A stretch of DNA of 64,000 bases from Epiperipatus broadwayi (lineage: Eukaryota; Animalia; Onychophora): the NCBI GenBank assembly GCA_028023455.1, contig JAQFVV010000005.1:62001-126000 (forward strand), read 5' to 3'. The notes under the pieces were generated by a model, which saw only the letters and a program-made list of their open reading frames with translations, ran no database searches and was not told the origin of the DNA. Of this stretch, positions 39,286 through 53,539 are shown piece by piece (positions within the stretch are counted from its first letter, which is position 1; every line of letters begins with the position of its first letter). The position numbers and the translations under genes were made by a program.

Positions 39286-39848
39286 TTTTATTAGTTTATG
39301 CATACATATGTCATACACTTTGTTAACATGTATATACATGCATACATATATTTGTGGTTAAAATGCATATAATATGATTTTCTATTACCTGTAAATTCAA
39401 TATCTGTGATATGGCTTGGAAATAAATGTCACAGATATGAAAAACTTTCATTTATTGCTATTTGTTTATTCTTATAATTTATCAGGACAATTAACTAGAA
39501 TAGAAATAAGTGTATATATTATTATTCCTAAACCCAAAGACATAGTTTTTTATTGAATAGATTGTGCTTATAATTGAGAACAATTTATTGCAACAACTGA
39601 TTTATTATCAACTTTTTAGGATAAACAATATATGATTTATTTTACAAGCATGATGTCTCCTGCGCACATTCACTGATAGTAAATATCTTTTAATAAATAC
39701 ACACACAATTACCACTCATCCTTTATCAGGTTAGAAAATATTATATATTTTTTAACTTCAGATATGATTTTTACTGCCATATGCATGATTTTTATTTATT
39801 CATTATTATTCAATGCTTCAACACCATTTATTTCCAAAATCTTATGTA

Positions 39849-39956
39849 TTTTTTTTTTAAAATGTCATAGTATTGGCCGGGATGTGAACCCGCAACCCGG
39901 GCAACTGCCTGCAAGTGCAAGGCAGTCACGCTGACCTCTCGACCACCAATACAAGA
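39849..39956 (-). mobile_element. tRNA-Gly-derived SINE, expanded-loop subfamily
   Basis: Highly similar to 63622-63727; TSD ATCTTATGTATTTTTT; GTCTT leader. Confidence 0.9.
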
Positions 39957-40779
39957 CATCTTATGTATTTTTTAATCACAATTTACCATTCTTGCATTTT
40001 CAATATAAATTTATAGGTACTGATAAAAAAAAATCCCTAAAATGTATTTGACTGAACCGATATACATGACATAATTGTGGAATCAAGGTATAAGAACACT
40101 TGCAAGAGTGTGATGACCTATTTTAATTGAGCAGACTGATTTAGTCAAAATGAATCTTAGGGGTCATCTAATTTTATTCAGGTTTTGTAATTGTTCATTT
40201 GAAGTGTGAGCTAATTTATGCTTTAATACCTATATAGGACTGTATATGGATGTGAGAGGATCATTATAGTATCAATAAATAAAGGAATACTTATAAGCTT
40301 CAAATTAAGCATATCCTAGAATAGACTGTATTACTGGAATGGAGAATGGAACGAGAAGAAAACACTGACCAAAACTGTCATGGATAAGGAATATCATAGA
40401 ACAAGTAGGATTAATAGTCTTGGAAGCATACAGAAAAGTAGAAAGAAGAAAGGCCTGGAAATATTTCATTCCATATTGTCATCCTTCATCACATTGTCAG
40501 ATCAGATGATGATATATAAATAAAAAAGAAATTTGCAGCGCATATGTGGCACATCCATCTGCCATGATTATATCATTATCAGGATGTAATGTAACATAAT
40601 AATTTTAAAAATAATAATTAGATACACACTTAAAATAATAATTCATAGTAATTAATTTATTTTAGAGCCATCTATTGCAAACTTGAATAATCAATGCACA
40701 ATAAAGAGTGATGTTAGATTTAAATTCTCAGACTTGAGTTTTTTTATTCCAATCAGCCAATCCATTTAATCATTCTAAT

Positions 40780-40821
40780 TAAACAATTCAAATGAGATAG
40801 TGATCATGTGATGTTTAGTGG
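40780..40821 (+). mobile_element. 42-bp extreme 3' fragment of family A with 15-bp TSD
   Basis: TTTAATCATTCTAAT at 40765-40779 and 40822-40836 flanks ...GAGATAGTGATCATGTGATGTTTAGTGG. Confidence 0.8.
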
Positions 40822-42499
40822 TTTAATCATTCTAATATTGGTCAGTAAATGGGCATCTAATTACTTTTAATTATAGATAAATCAAGAATGGAAAATATTA
40901 AAATCTTTCGCATCTGACAATTACCAAGACTGATAATTACTATCTTTCCGTGAGGGTTGTTGGAGAAGAATTGTCCTGAAGTAGACTACTTAAAAACTTG
41001 CTTCATCTTTTTGCTATATATATACTGTACAATAACACTAAATAAAGCAGTAATTATATATTTATAAATAAATTTATTTTTTAATATGTGTTATAACAAG
41101 CTTGTTTATTTTAAATTGCTTGTAATATATGCATATAATATCAGTTTTTATCAGTAGCACTTAAAGAGTGAATGTCTTGTGACGTAGTGATTAGCGTATC
41201 TATCGGACTGTGATACTTACGATCCAGATTCGTACAGGAAGTTTTTTCAGATCTGAGAGCAGTTTGAAAAAAAAAATGTTTTCGCAGATAACTGGCTCAT
41301 AATCACCCTACCTAGATAATCTATATTGGTTAATAAATTTGGTAACTAATTATTATTAGAGAATAAAAATCTCAGGTATGAATGGTGTCCATACTCTAAA
41401 TAAAATGATGGCAATATATCATGCTTTTGACAACTGGAGGAGAAGTTGTGGCAGTTTTCTATGTCGGATGAATCCATTGGGGGAGGGGTACTTTTTAATT
41501 ATAGATTCTAACATTTGAGTATTATCGATCAAGATTGATGTGTATATATATTGTATAGCTTTAAAAAAAAAAAAGATTAAACAGCATTTATGTAATGTAA
41601 TGCAAGTCAATCTTCTCTTCATAAGTCTATCACATAAGAACAGTAAAAGAGCAGAAATTAGGCGTACCAAGTGTAAGATAGTAAATGTTTGAGCAGTTTT
41701 TTTTACTTTTAGTTTACTCTTTAGCTAATTTTAGGTAGATACTCATTTATTGATCAATAATTGGATGGTTAGAAGAATTGGTTACTAGCTAAAAAATAAA
41801 TTCGTAGCCGATTAGAATCAGATTTTTGTTCCGATTTAAAGGATTCAAATTCGAATCGTAAATAATAACGACAAGTGAATATGCTATATCACAGTATGAG
41901 GCATTTATATATGTATCAGCTCGAACAAGCACCTATTAGCAATTTATAACTTTTTAATACAATCACTTATAAATTATGTGCGCTTAAAATTATATTTTAA
42001 CTTTTTGGATGAACAAACAAACTCTTTTTTTTGGGGGGGGGGGTAAAAAGACTTTATTTTGATAGAATTTATTTGGTATTAAAATTTTTCTATTTTATCC
42101 GAGAGATACGACAAAACAGAAAAACTTTGATAAACAACATCTGTGAGTGGATATTTTAGTAGTTGCATTAAATAATTAAAAACGTTTGTTTTTCTTTCCA
42201 ACGAAAACATAAATTTAAGTGGAATTTAACACAAATATTAATATCCAGTGTTTTGTTTTAATACAGTTATTTGTTTCAAAATAGACAGACAGTCTAAAAA
42301 ACTGGATTTTACTGTAAACAGCTTTTTAACTAAATGATTTATTTCTTTAAAGTATAAAAAAAATAGAGAACTGGTTTATATTCAAAAATATAAAAAAAGA
42401 AACTATCAAATAAATAATTTGTTTGGTTTTTTTTTTTAATGTTATATTTATAATATACAAATTATATTACTGTAGTTACATTAAATCTACGATCATTTA

Positions 42500-42700
42500 C
42501 TTGGAAGATTATATGACGTCAGGTGTGCGTAGAGAGTTGCGCAGACCGTTCTATTGAATTGCAGAATTTTTTTTTTTTTTATATTTTTCATAAATGAAAA
42601 TTAATCGCTTTTGAATCAGTTATTTAACTTACTCCATCTAAACTGCGCGGATTTATTAATACTGCAGTTAACCACATGAAATGATATATCTTCATGTATG
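42500..42700 (+). promoter_or_regulatory. Possible promoter in a CpG-retaining segment
   Basis: TGACGTCA (CRE) at 42514-42521, TCAGTT (arthropod Inr-like) at 42616-42621, and locally preserved CpGs. Motifs this short can occur by chance. Confidence 0.3.
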
Positions 42701-42852
42701 TGCACAAATTCAGTTTATATGTCTAGCGCAAATACATGTAACTGAAAATCTGTAATTCTTGAATCTATTAGTTTACTACTATGATAAATTCGAGTTTGTC
42801 AAATTACTTATGGTTGCTATTACTATAATTGTACATCTGCTCAACTACATAG

Positions 42853-45800
42853 AATGACGAACTTTTATATATACACGCATACTTCGTTTACTGTAAGTTA
42901 TATATCTAACATAAATAATAGAGATGTGACTAATTCATAAATTTGCACCCATTTGTAATCTATTTTTGAATATACTTATACCACTGTCATGACCAATGCA
43001 TATTTTTCTGTTTATAATTTTAGAGCAAATGTAAAATTAATCAATAATTTTGAAAATATTGTAATAACTAAAATGCTGTCGAAAATACTGGTTTCATGGC
43101 TTAGAGTCATGGCAAGAAATATACGAGCTATCTAGCAGCAGGTTTTATTACAGAATGGAATCAATTTTACAGGATTTGAAAGAAAAATATTTCAGAAAAT
43201 ATACGCAGTTTGAAAATAATCTCAATTTTGAGTGATTGCTGCTGTAGATGTGCCACAATGCACTCGATTTCTTCAGAAGAGTTTGATGGGAAACTTATTA
43301 AGTGAGAATACAAAAAGGAGTCAAAAAACTATTGACTCTGATGTCACTCAGGAAATTATTTCACTTGGTTTTTCACAGAAAGAGAATTTTTCAAAATCAA
43401 ATAGCCGTGTACATATAGGGCCAGATTGACCAAGGCAGTTGTACACTCGTATTATTTTGGAAATAATACACAGAGAAAGTTTTAAATATACGTTTATTGC
43501 TCAAAATATAGAATAATTTTAATAGCTTGTTAGTGTTTCAACTAGCTGGCTTGCTGGCTGAATTCCAATAATTATCTTAATTGTGCCAGACAGTTCTTTA
43601 TAGTATTGAACTATAACATCGCATTTCTTAGAAAGTAATTTATTTTATTCTTAACTTTTCTTCATTAACTTGTCATCACAATCTCTTCGTCATATTTCAC
43701 AACTCATGGACTGCTGGTTTTGGAAGCACCTTACTGCTCACATTATATTAACACAGACTATTTTCTTAACATTCTTCTGTCATTTTAGAGAGTCCATTTT
43801 GTTTTTTGATATAATTTTCATAAACAGTTTGGTAATTTGCATAACTTATGCATTTTCATTATTTCTAAGAGTGACTTTTAAATGTCTTCTATATTGACTA
43901 ATTTTACATGCACACTCATGTAAGTATTTATTATTTACACAATCATGTCAGTAAACAGTAAAAAAAACTGCTCAAGTAAATAAACACAAAATAATCAATG
44001 TATTTTGTTAAGTGCAATCTATAAGTCATAAGTTTTTTACATTATATGATTCTGTACATATAATACCAAAAATCATCTAGAAATAGATTATATATGGAAT
44101 TAAAACGTTTTCTGGAATGATGTAGCCAGTAGAAGTTACTATTTAGAGAAACTATTAAATGAGGAGAGATTTACATCCTATAATCAATAAGTAAAAAGTG
44201 AATATGAAGCATATTAACGATGAAGTAGATTATGTGTGAGTATATATAAATCAAAACAATAAGTAGATTTTTAGCCCAATTTATTGCAAATATAAGCTTT
44301 TAGATTGTTCCATGTAAAATAAGTATTAGTCTCATCACACTGTACATGTATTTTGGATATATGTATAAATTCATCAATTGTTTAAAAGGCTTAAATACTT
44401 ATCTACTCTGCTAGAATGGCAGCATGAACTCCATATATATAAATATCTTAAAGCAATCTGTTTATAATATATTGGAGATATTAACATTCAGTTGCATGTA
44501 TGTTATGGTTAAATTGGTAACATAACATTAAATACATAACATACATTTAGGTAAAATACATGTAGAGTATCAAAATATCAATCTTTTACTTTATGCTGGA
44601 TACCAATTAATGATCTTAAAACATATTAAAGATAAAATGGGCTAAAATGTGTCATTTATTTATATATATTCTAATTGTAATAACTTTTTAGTATTAACGT
44701 TATATATATATTATAATGTTTTCCGTTTTGCTAGGCCTCTACACGCTAATATAAACTCCGCGTGAGTTGATCAAGCTATGTCAAAAAAGAAGAAAGTTAT
44801 ATTTCTATTCTAAAAACATAGCTATATTTCCTGATCAACTCGGCCTATTAATTGTTGAGAATTGTGCTATTGACGAAATCAGCTTTTAATTTATTTAATC
44901 TGGGCACCAGAATTCCTAAGAATTCGCTGAAATCGTCATATAACATCTCACAAATAAAAAAAATACTTTTAAACTAATCGGTATTACATCATACCGTAAC
45001 GAGAATTAATTTTTTAAGATTATTATTCCTGGGCTTATTCAAACATATTGGCAAAGGTAAATTATATTTTTAAATCTTATTAAACTACTAATAGATTTAA
45101 TAATAAAAAATAATAACTATTATTAATAACGCACAAATGAAAATTGGTATTAGAAATATATTTATTCTAATAGATAAAAAATGTTTGAAATAAATTATTT
45201 ATCAAATAAATTGGAGAGAATACACTTAATTCTGATGTGAAACATTAATAATAAAAAAATAACTGCTGAATAATTAATTACAAAGCTCTTGGTTAAATAA
45301 GAGTCTCTATCGGGATCCTATTATAAGCTTATTTTTAAGAATTGTTTGCAAACGTTACTTTTGTCACAATCAGGATAATGAAGCATTACTTACCGGTAAG
45401 TTTTGGGAATTCAGTAGTAGATAACTATGCATAGTTTTTTGGTTATAATGAGCTCGGCCTTTTGGTTATTGCTTGATCTTGTGGTCCATTTCCCCAGTCG
45501 GTCACGAAGGCTTTTCCTGGTGTACATCATTAGATCCGATGTCTTCAGAAGCTCCGGTTCACTGCGACATGCCGAATTCCTTCAGCGAAGAGCAATCTTG
45601 GATATATCAATGTTATCCAAGACCAACTAGAGAAACAAAACGAACAAGACGTTCCTTCAACCGGATCCCTCCTTTTTATATCCAGTTTTCAGGACTTCTG
45701 CGCATGCTAGTACCATGCCTTTTTAATCTTATCCAGTCTTTATAAATTTTATGTAATAAAGTCTTTATTTTCTTCAAGTTTTCGGCCATCTTTAATTAAT

Positions 45801-48800
45801 TTGAGTATTTCTACTTTCAGCTTATCTTTTTTACTTGCTTTTGGAATTCTTTTGTTCTCTCCAATTACTTTTATTACTAATCACATAAAAAAAAAATAAG
45901 AAGAATAATTCAACCCTCATTGTACGTTTTTTTTTTTTTTTTTAAAAAATTACTCAACAAAATTTTAAATCCACTTTTATCTTTTAGTTTTTTTTTTACC
46001 CAATGCCAATATATTTGTAACGTATATAAATAAACGTTACAATATATATATATATTATCTATGAAAAGAGAAAATGACGATAATAGTATAACACAATGTT
46101 TACTCAATATAATTCAAATCATTGAGATATAATGTTCAAAATAATAATAATAAACTATGGGCTAAGCTCAGATGGAGTTACCAAATGCTATATGATAAAA
46201 TACAAAAAAGCCACAGGATAATAACAATTAATAATCATTGTAAATATAATACATAATATTTAGCCAAATTTAAGAGAGGAACTCTCATCTTTCTTTTACA
46301 GATTATAGGGAGACTTAATACTGGAAGCATATATCATAGAATGATTATGTTATACTAAATCCTCTTATTTCTAATACCTCTTTCCACTACATTACTTCTA
46401 AGAAAAATCATCAGCATCTTATTGTTATGATCAGATCCACATTTAACTTTTGAATGAATAACTATGATTTTTAATATCTGTGCAACATTACTTCTCCAAA
46501 TGAATTTATTTTGCAAAACAATTTCTTTCATATTCATTTATGTAATGTTTAATTCTCAGATTCTATAATTGAAATTTTGTAACACTAAAAATTTCCTTTT
46601 TTCATTTAAGGATTATTAGCCAATGAATGGAACCCTAATAGTAATATGGTGAGACATACTCTTACTTATAAGATAATGTTTATCTAAATTACAATAATAA
46701 TAATATTATAGCACGTGTGCATGTGTGATGCAACTGTTCCCAAAAGCTATAAAGTGTTAATATAAAATAGATAACTAAAAACAAATGAGCTGAGCACTTT
46801 CAAAGGATTTTGCCTTCATAATCATAGTTTACTACTACATTTAATGATATGTAAATATGCTAATTCCATTTCTTCGATAAAGCATAGCATGTGTCCTTCC
46901 TATTTATGGCATCCTTGTCTCGTGAGATGAAGAAGGCCTCTTTGATTTTTCTTTTAAGGCCATGTCTCTCTCTACACATGATTGTGGGATTGTCTGGAAT
47001 GCACTCATGGTGACTTGTGCTCTGATGCTGATAGAAAACTGAATAAGTGGAAGAATCGTTGAGAGCTCTATTGTATGAATATTTATGTTGTGCTAATCAT
47101 GTGGATAAAGATGCTCTGTTTCCCCATAATATGCGCCTTTACAATTATTGTTGGAACATGCCATATTATATACTGTGTGGGGGGATCTGTAAAAGTGTAA
47201 TTTGGTCTTTAGTGTCACACACACGTGCTAGAATATATATTTCCCGAAAGTAAAAAATTATTTGACTTAATAATAATAAATTTTAAAGAAAATATTTTAA
47301 TGAAAATAAATACATGAAAAACTTTTAGTTTGGAATAAAAACATACCAGGATAGCATTAAGATGATAAGGGATTTTATGGTCACTCAGAATACCACTTAA
47401 CAATTCCTACTAAATCTTTATGGATTTGAGATAAATACTATTATCATGTAAACTTGTGATGTATTAATCAAACATCCCATGATTACCATATTTTATGCTT
47501 GGTCATAACTATTATTAAACAGGCAAAACTCTCCATACAGTAGTGCCAGTGCAAGCCAGAGTAATCAATGGATTCCAGAAGGCTTGTGCATAAAATCTCT
47601 ATCTAGTGCCTACTCATCCAATATCCCCAGACTAGTTTGGATCTAGGTGCAGTGCTCTCACATCCAAGGTTCCCCACTGATGAAAGCCAGAAACTAGTCT
47701 GGGAACATTGGATGAATAGGCACTAGATAGGGATTTTATGCACAAGCCTTCTGGAATCCATTGATTGCTTTGGCTTGCACTGAGTGGCACTACTGTATGG
47801 AGAGTTTTGCCTGTTTAATGTATTAATTAAAAATAATCCTCTAAATAAAGTAAATAAGAATTTTATCATTAAAGCAGTCTTCTTCTAATAAATGCAATTA
47901 ATTAAAGTAATCATTCAATAATTAAAAAAATGAATAATTTTATTCTTAGATGCTTTCTTAACATTTACATGAAAATTTTAACAAAGTGATTATTATACTA
48001 AATTTCATATGTTTATATACTCTTTATGTTCAACATAAAAGAATTTCATAATAAATTTTATAGTTTCAAGATTTCTGGACAATATGTGAAATGACTGAAA
48101 GAATATGAAACCAATTTTAATAATAAAAACATTTATTTAAACAATAAAGACATTGAACAGATAAAAATGTTGGAAATCTACAATCTCACCAAAAAGGATA
48201 AAAAAAGGTGAAATATTTAAACAACTGCTGCACAATCGAATTGCAGAGGAGAAATATGATTTTTAAAGTTTACAGATAAAATAAAAACAAATTTACAGAT
48301 TAAATAATTATTGACTATTATTAACTTTGTCTGTTATATGAAAACCTTTCTCAGTATTAATGTTACTATATGAAGTTCTCCAATTTCACAGTACATTCAG
48401 ACCATTATGTTGTCCCCACAATGGGTATATTTAAATATTAAATATGACTTAACCAATCCAGTGATGGGAATAAATGCTGTAGGAGATGTATATCATTTAT
48501 TGAGATGCAAAATTACAATTTTAATTTCTAAAATAAGTGTTTATTTGTTTTATATCGTATAATCCATGATGACATGGTGCAGCAGGTGAAGGGATTTAGA
48601 TATTTGGGTTGTTGGTTGAGTGAGGATGGAAGAAGTGAAGATGAAGTTAAAAGAAGAATAGCATTGGCAAAGGTGACATTTGTAAAAAGAAAGAAGATAT
48701 TTTGTGGACCTATGGAAAGAGAATTAAGGAAAAGATTAATTAAATGTTATGTGTGGAGTGTATTAATGTATTCTTGTGAGACATGGACATTGAGTAATAG

Positions 48801-50195
48801 AATTAAAAAACGACTGGAAGCTTTTGAGATGTGGACATGGAGAAAAATGGAAAAAATCAGTTGGGTGAATAAAATAACAAATGAAGAAGTTTTGAAAAGA
48901 GTTAATGAGGAAAGAAGATTGATTGAAAGTATCAAAGAGAGAAAGAGAAACTGGATTGGACATATACTAAGAAAAGATTATAGTTTAATGAAAGATGTTT
49001 TGGAAGGTATGGTGAGTGGAAATAAAAAGATAGGACGGAAGAGATTGACATTATTGGATGATATACGAGATGGAAGGGGTTATGTGGAATTGAGGAAGTG
49101 GGCAAGGAAGATAATGGAATGGAAGAATGGATGAACTGATTTAGTGACTACTCTCTGGACCTGTCTATTGGACAGACTACTATTGAATGAATACTGACAA
49201 AGCACAACAAACAGACCACATCAAAAACAATCTACAACGTATACCCAGAATACTAAAGAGTGCAACAGAAGTGAAGAATGACAGTCCTCAGAACTAACTA
49301 CAATATCAATTGCCATAAAATAAAGTCATGGTGGTATACCATGCATGGTTTAATACAAAATACATGGTACAATCCACCTGCAATTTAATTATAAATAATG
49401 CAATAGAAAATAAATGTTGGCATGAATTCAAAGGATAGCACTTAGATTTGAGTGCAATAAATATGCTTGGACTTAGTCTCTGAATAAGAAAAAAATGAGA
49501 ATGAACCATCAAATATATAATAACAATATTAGTGGCCTTAAATTAAACATTTTAAGCTTAAATATGAGACACAAAAATATAAAACAATATATAATAAGAG
49601 AGACAGCCACAATCTCTTTATAAAATGTGCTAGCAAAATAAATATATGCAAAAGAGACAAAACTAATTTTTTGAAGACAAAATAATGGCAAGATAAGCAG
49701 GTACATTTAGAAATGAGAGAGACTAATGGCACTATCTCTTAAATGCTACATTAATTAACTGATATGTAAAATCAACAAGGTAAAAATTATTAGCCAAATC
49801 TGGCTTAATAAAAGTGTGGCCTAAAATTAGCAATAAGAATATATACCATTTATATATTCAAATAACCCATGATAAGAAATAAATTACACTTTAAGAATAC
49901 AGGATTTTAACAGGTAAATATTCTGTAAACTCCTGAATAATATAGTTTACAAATAATTCATAAAGTTATAGACAAAATGCATAAAATAAAATATATAGTA
50001 AATTACAATAGCATGATATTAAAACTTAAAATTATATCCAATTTACCAAAAATAAATTTGAATGATTTACAATTTGTACAGTGTTTGTAATTATCATTCT
50101 GAAAATGCTAACAATTCCTACATGTTAAGACAGCAAATTTAAATTATTGATACAGTATTCAAATATTTCTAGTAACAACAGATTTCCTGGAGAAC
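42853..50195 (+). CDS. Candidate cluster of small coding exons of an unidentified gene
   Basis: AG...GT-bounded, phase-compatible candidates: 42853-42892, 43546-43634, 44415-44497, 44735-44761, 45019-45056, 45374-45395, 46611-46648, 48392-48424, 50173-50195. One chain reads ...PLHANINSALLFLGLFKHIGKGLLANEWNPNSNMYIQTIMLSPQW. No homolog recognised; over-fitting is possible. Confidence 0.35.
43040..43490 (+). mobile_element. Decayed non-LTR RT fragment
   Basis: KMLSKILVSWLRV, AGFI, ALDF..RV*WE, LGF and QGSCTLVLF (QGCPLSPLLF-like) motifs occur in the expected order. Confidence 0.5.
45400..45890 (-). mobile_element. Possible RTE-type ORF2 linker remnant, CpG-retaining
   Basis: VIGENKRIPKASKKDKLKVEILKLIKDGRK...ACAEV resembles the RTE EN-RT linker; weak. 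Confidence 0.3.
46709..47230. mobile_element. Element bounded by TAGCACGTGTG terminal inverted repeats (MITE-like or solo LTR)
   Basis: TAGCACGTGTG at 46709 and CACACGTGCTA ending at 47230; GC-richer interior. Confidence 0.4.
47513..47819. mobile_element. Family A fold-back copy with a hammerhead lacking stem II
   Basis: Near-perfect arms 47513-47638 / 47690-47819; GTTCCCCA-CTGATGA(47677-47683)-AAGCCA-GAAA-CTAG-TC-TGGGAAC; CATCCAA/TTGGATG extension. Confidence 0.85.
48574..49190 (+). mobile_element. 5'-truncated RTE-clade LINE, uninterrupted RT C-terminal ORF (186 aa) plus 3' UTR
   Basis: VKGFRYLGCWLSEDG...RRIALAK...LIKCYVWSVLMYSCETWTL...LEAFEMWTWRKM..ISW...NEEVL...WIGHILR...GRKR. Confidence 0.92.
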
Positions 50196-51727
50196 GTGAG
50201 CACAAAATACATTAATGGCCATTCAAGTTTTGTGAATAATATTTTAAAATAAAGTGCAGATAATAATGATGCATTTATAACATTTTATATGAATTCATTA
50301 TTTATTTTTGAAACACATATTGAAGATAATACATGAAAAGCATTTATTATTTGGACATAACACTAATTCCATTGTTGAGATTTCATATTAATAATAATGA
50401 CAAACTATAATAGAGAAGATTTATAGTGAAACAGATGAGCATATGATAAACTTTAATAAAAATTCTTAATCCAGGAGAATTTATATTTTATTTATATAGG
50501 ATGTAACTTGTTCCAGTTGTTTATTACAAGTGATAATTTTAGAGTAGTAGAAATAGATAAATATGCCAATAATATTTTATATTATTTTTAAAAGTATAGT
50601 CATATAATAAATTTTTAGAATCTCAATTTCACTGAATAAGGAAAAATATTTCTTGACTAGTCTGAAATAGATGTAAAATTAAGTTTCTGTGAGTGAGTAA
50701 TTTTCATCATCCTGTTATACTAATGATAAGCAAATAAAAATGTCATTTCAAAATTTAGGTAAGAAATTTATAAAATTCTATTATCAATAAGCAGATTCTT
50801 TTATTTAGAATTAAAATAAAAGCATGTTTAAAAAATGTGCTGAAGAATATTCAAACATTTAAAGTCTTTTAACAAACTTCTTATTCTTATCATGTCATAA
50901 GGTTATGAAAAAACATTTTTAGACTATTAAGAACTGCTTTAAAATACCAACCATAGCATAAAATCTTTAACAGTTTTAATATTCCAATATCCAAAATATT
51001 AAACTGATAATATTATCTACTACTAATGAGAAAAGAATTGATAAAAGTTCTTAGATAATAATGATGAATCACGGAGAATTTCCTCAAAGTGTACATTTTA
51101 TATAGAAATAATTGGGCAATTATTGTTAAACATTTAGATAAAATTTCTATTATATTACTTGGTTATGTAGATTTTAATTCTTTTTTAGTAATTTTAGCTT
51201 AGAACTTCAGTCCTGAAAAAAATTAATTAGCAGCACATGTTTAACTTTAAGCAAAATAAAAAATTCTTATAAATCAAGTGAACAAAAATTAATTATTAAT
51301 CAAGTAAATTTCCCCAGTAAAATTACCCAAGTTGAGTAGAAAGTAAGAAGTAACAAGTAGGTAAGCATATATGTGCAAGTCTTGCTCTATTTATATTGTT
51401 AATTATGTCATTGATTGTTGGATGAAATTGAAATTTAGAGCCATCCCTTCCTTGACCTATATTCATTAAAGTTTAAAGATTAGCAAGTATCCTGGGAGCC
51501 ATAGCTAAAAATCAATTCATTTACATAATTGTCAACTTTTTAATTAAAATGTTACATTTTAAGACAGTTATTCGTAAATTTAAAAATTATTACAATGAAA
51601 ATGAAACAAAATATTGTATAATAAATTACATTATTTTTAGATAAAACATTAATTTACATTATTTTTTTAACACTTATACAATATTTAATGGTAAAATTCC
51701 CAGAATAGATTTTAAATAAGACTTTAT

Positions 51728-52067
51728 AAATATTTAAGAATAACTTTTCATATTGCAGCAAAAAAGTTAAAATTGAAATTTATTATCCAAGCACACATAT
51801 ACACTTACTAATGCTTTCTGTTATTTAAAATTAATAGCATTTACCAATAAATTAATTCTTTATCTTCTTTAATTAACTAACTAAAACTCACTTTTTAAAA
51901 TAAATATTTAAGAATAACTTTTCATATTGCAGCCAAAAAGTTAAAATTGGAATTTATTATCCAAGCACACACACACATTTAATAATGCTTTCTTTTCTTT
52001 AAAATTAGTAGTATTTACCAATAAATTAATTCTTTATGTTCTGTAATTAACTAACTAAAAAACTCAT
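51728..52067 (+). repeat. Diverged tandem duplication (~174-bp unit)
   Basis: aaatatttaagaataacttttcatattgcagc...aattaactaactaaaa at ~51728-51890 and ~51902-52067. Confidence 0.9.
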
Positions 52068-52959
52068 TTAGTTGACTTAATCTTTACTATAACTATCATT
52101 AAGAAAAATATACTTTTATTAGCAAATAACTTAATAATTTAAATATTAATAACGAGCATTAAAGATTCAAATTAAGCTTTAAAGTTTGACTAACATTGAA
52201 TTTTACACACAAGTGCCTTTATTAAAATAATTTTGCCTCTTAATAAGGTAAGAATATCTCTAAACAAGGCAATTGAAAGTTATCTACAACTACATATAAG
52301 TTTAAAACAGTACAGTAAGATATTAAAAATAACTTTTAACATAATTAAAACTTATGAAAACTTTTACAAAATAATGTATAGAAGGCATTCACATTTGAAC
52401 ATCAAGTCCTAATAACTTGACTTGCTATAGAAATTAATGTTTAAAAAATTTTTTGTTTCCAATACTAAACAATTAGCTAGCTGGAGATTTAGCTTTATCA
52501 ATAAAGCTAAAGTTTACAATATATAACATGCTTTATATGCCTGTTACACCAAATATAAATAAATTCTTGCATATGAAAATTAAACCAAATGTTTTTATAA
52601 TTGTAAATGACCTAGTAAATGACTATGTGAAATCAACGGAATAAGGAAATGTAAAATGGTCATATTAAAAAACTACATATAAGAGCCATATATTAAAATA
52701 AAATTTCTGGATATACAAACTGGTTTCAGAAAAGATAGAAAGACTAGAGACATAATTATTAATATACTTGTAAATCTGTTTTAATCACTACATAAAGTCT
52801 TTGACTACTCTGATTTTTTTTGGCCTTTCTAAAATATTTCACTAATAATGTTTTTAATTTTTTTTATTAAAACTAGTTTCTCTCATTTTGGTAGTTCTAT
52901 TTCAATATAAAACACATACATAAATATATATTCATGGTGAGATGATAATAGATGGACAA

Positions 52960-53150
52960 TTAAAATTTTGAACTGGGTTCCAAGAGATTGTAAAAGACCC
53001 AGAAAGAGACCACATGTGAGATGGATGGATGAAATAAAAAAGTGTGCAGGGGTGATGTGGAGAAGAGAGGCTAAAGATAGGAAAAGATGGGTTGAACTTG
53101 GAGAGACCTTCATCCTGCAGTGGATTGATAATGGTTGAAGATGATGATAT
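52960..53150 (+). mobile_element. RTE-clade LINE 3' end
   Basis: agatggacaattaaaatttt...gagatggatggatgaaataaaaaag...catcctgcagtggattgataatggttgaagatgatgat. Confidence 0.85.
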
Positions 53151-53539
53151 TCATGGCATATAATTATTTACATTTCCCTATCTCATGCATTATTTCCTTC
53201 CAAGTCATTTACAAACACAATAATATCTATCTTCTATAAGTAAATGGTTAAATAGTCAAATATAGAACAGAATATACATATGTATTCTCACATAGATAAA
53301 TAAATGGATAAATATAGAAAGATTTATGAACAGCTGGGTAAGATAAAAAGATAAATAAATGAACGAATATTATAGGTAAATAGATAGGTGTGAAATGGCT
53401 GCATTCATGTATGTATATATGAAAATATAGATAGATGGATAAATAGATAAATAGGTAGATAGGCAAATACATAATTATAGACTTTAAAAAAATGAATGTA
53501 CTAGAAGACTTCATGGGAACTAAAAGCTACAATTTAAAA

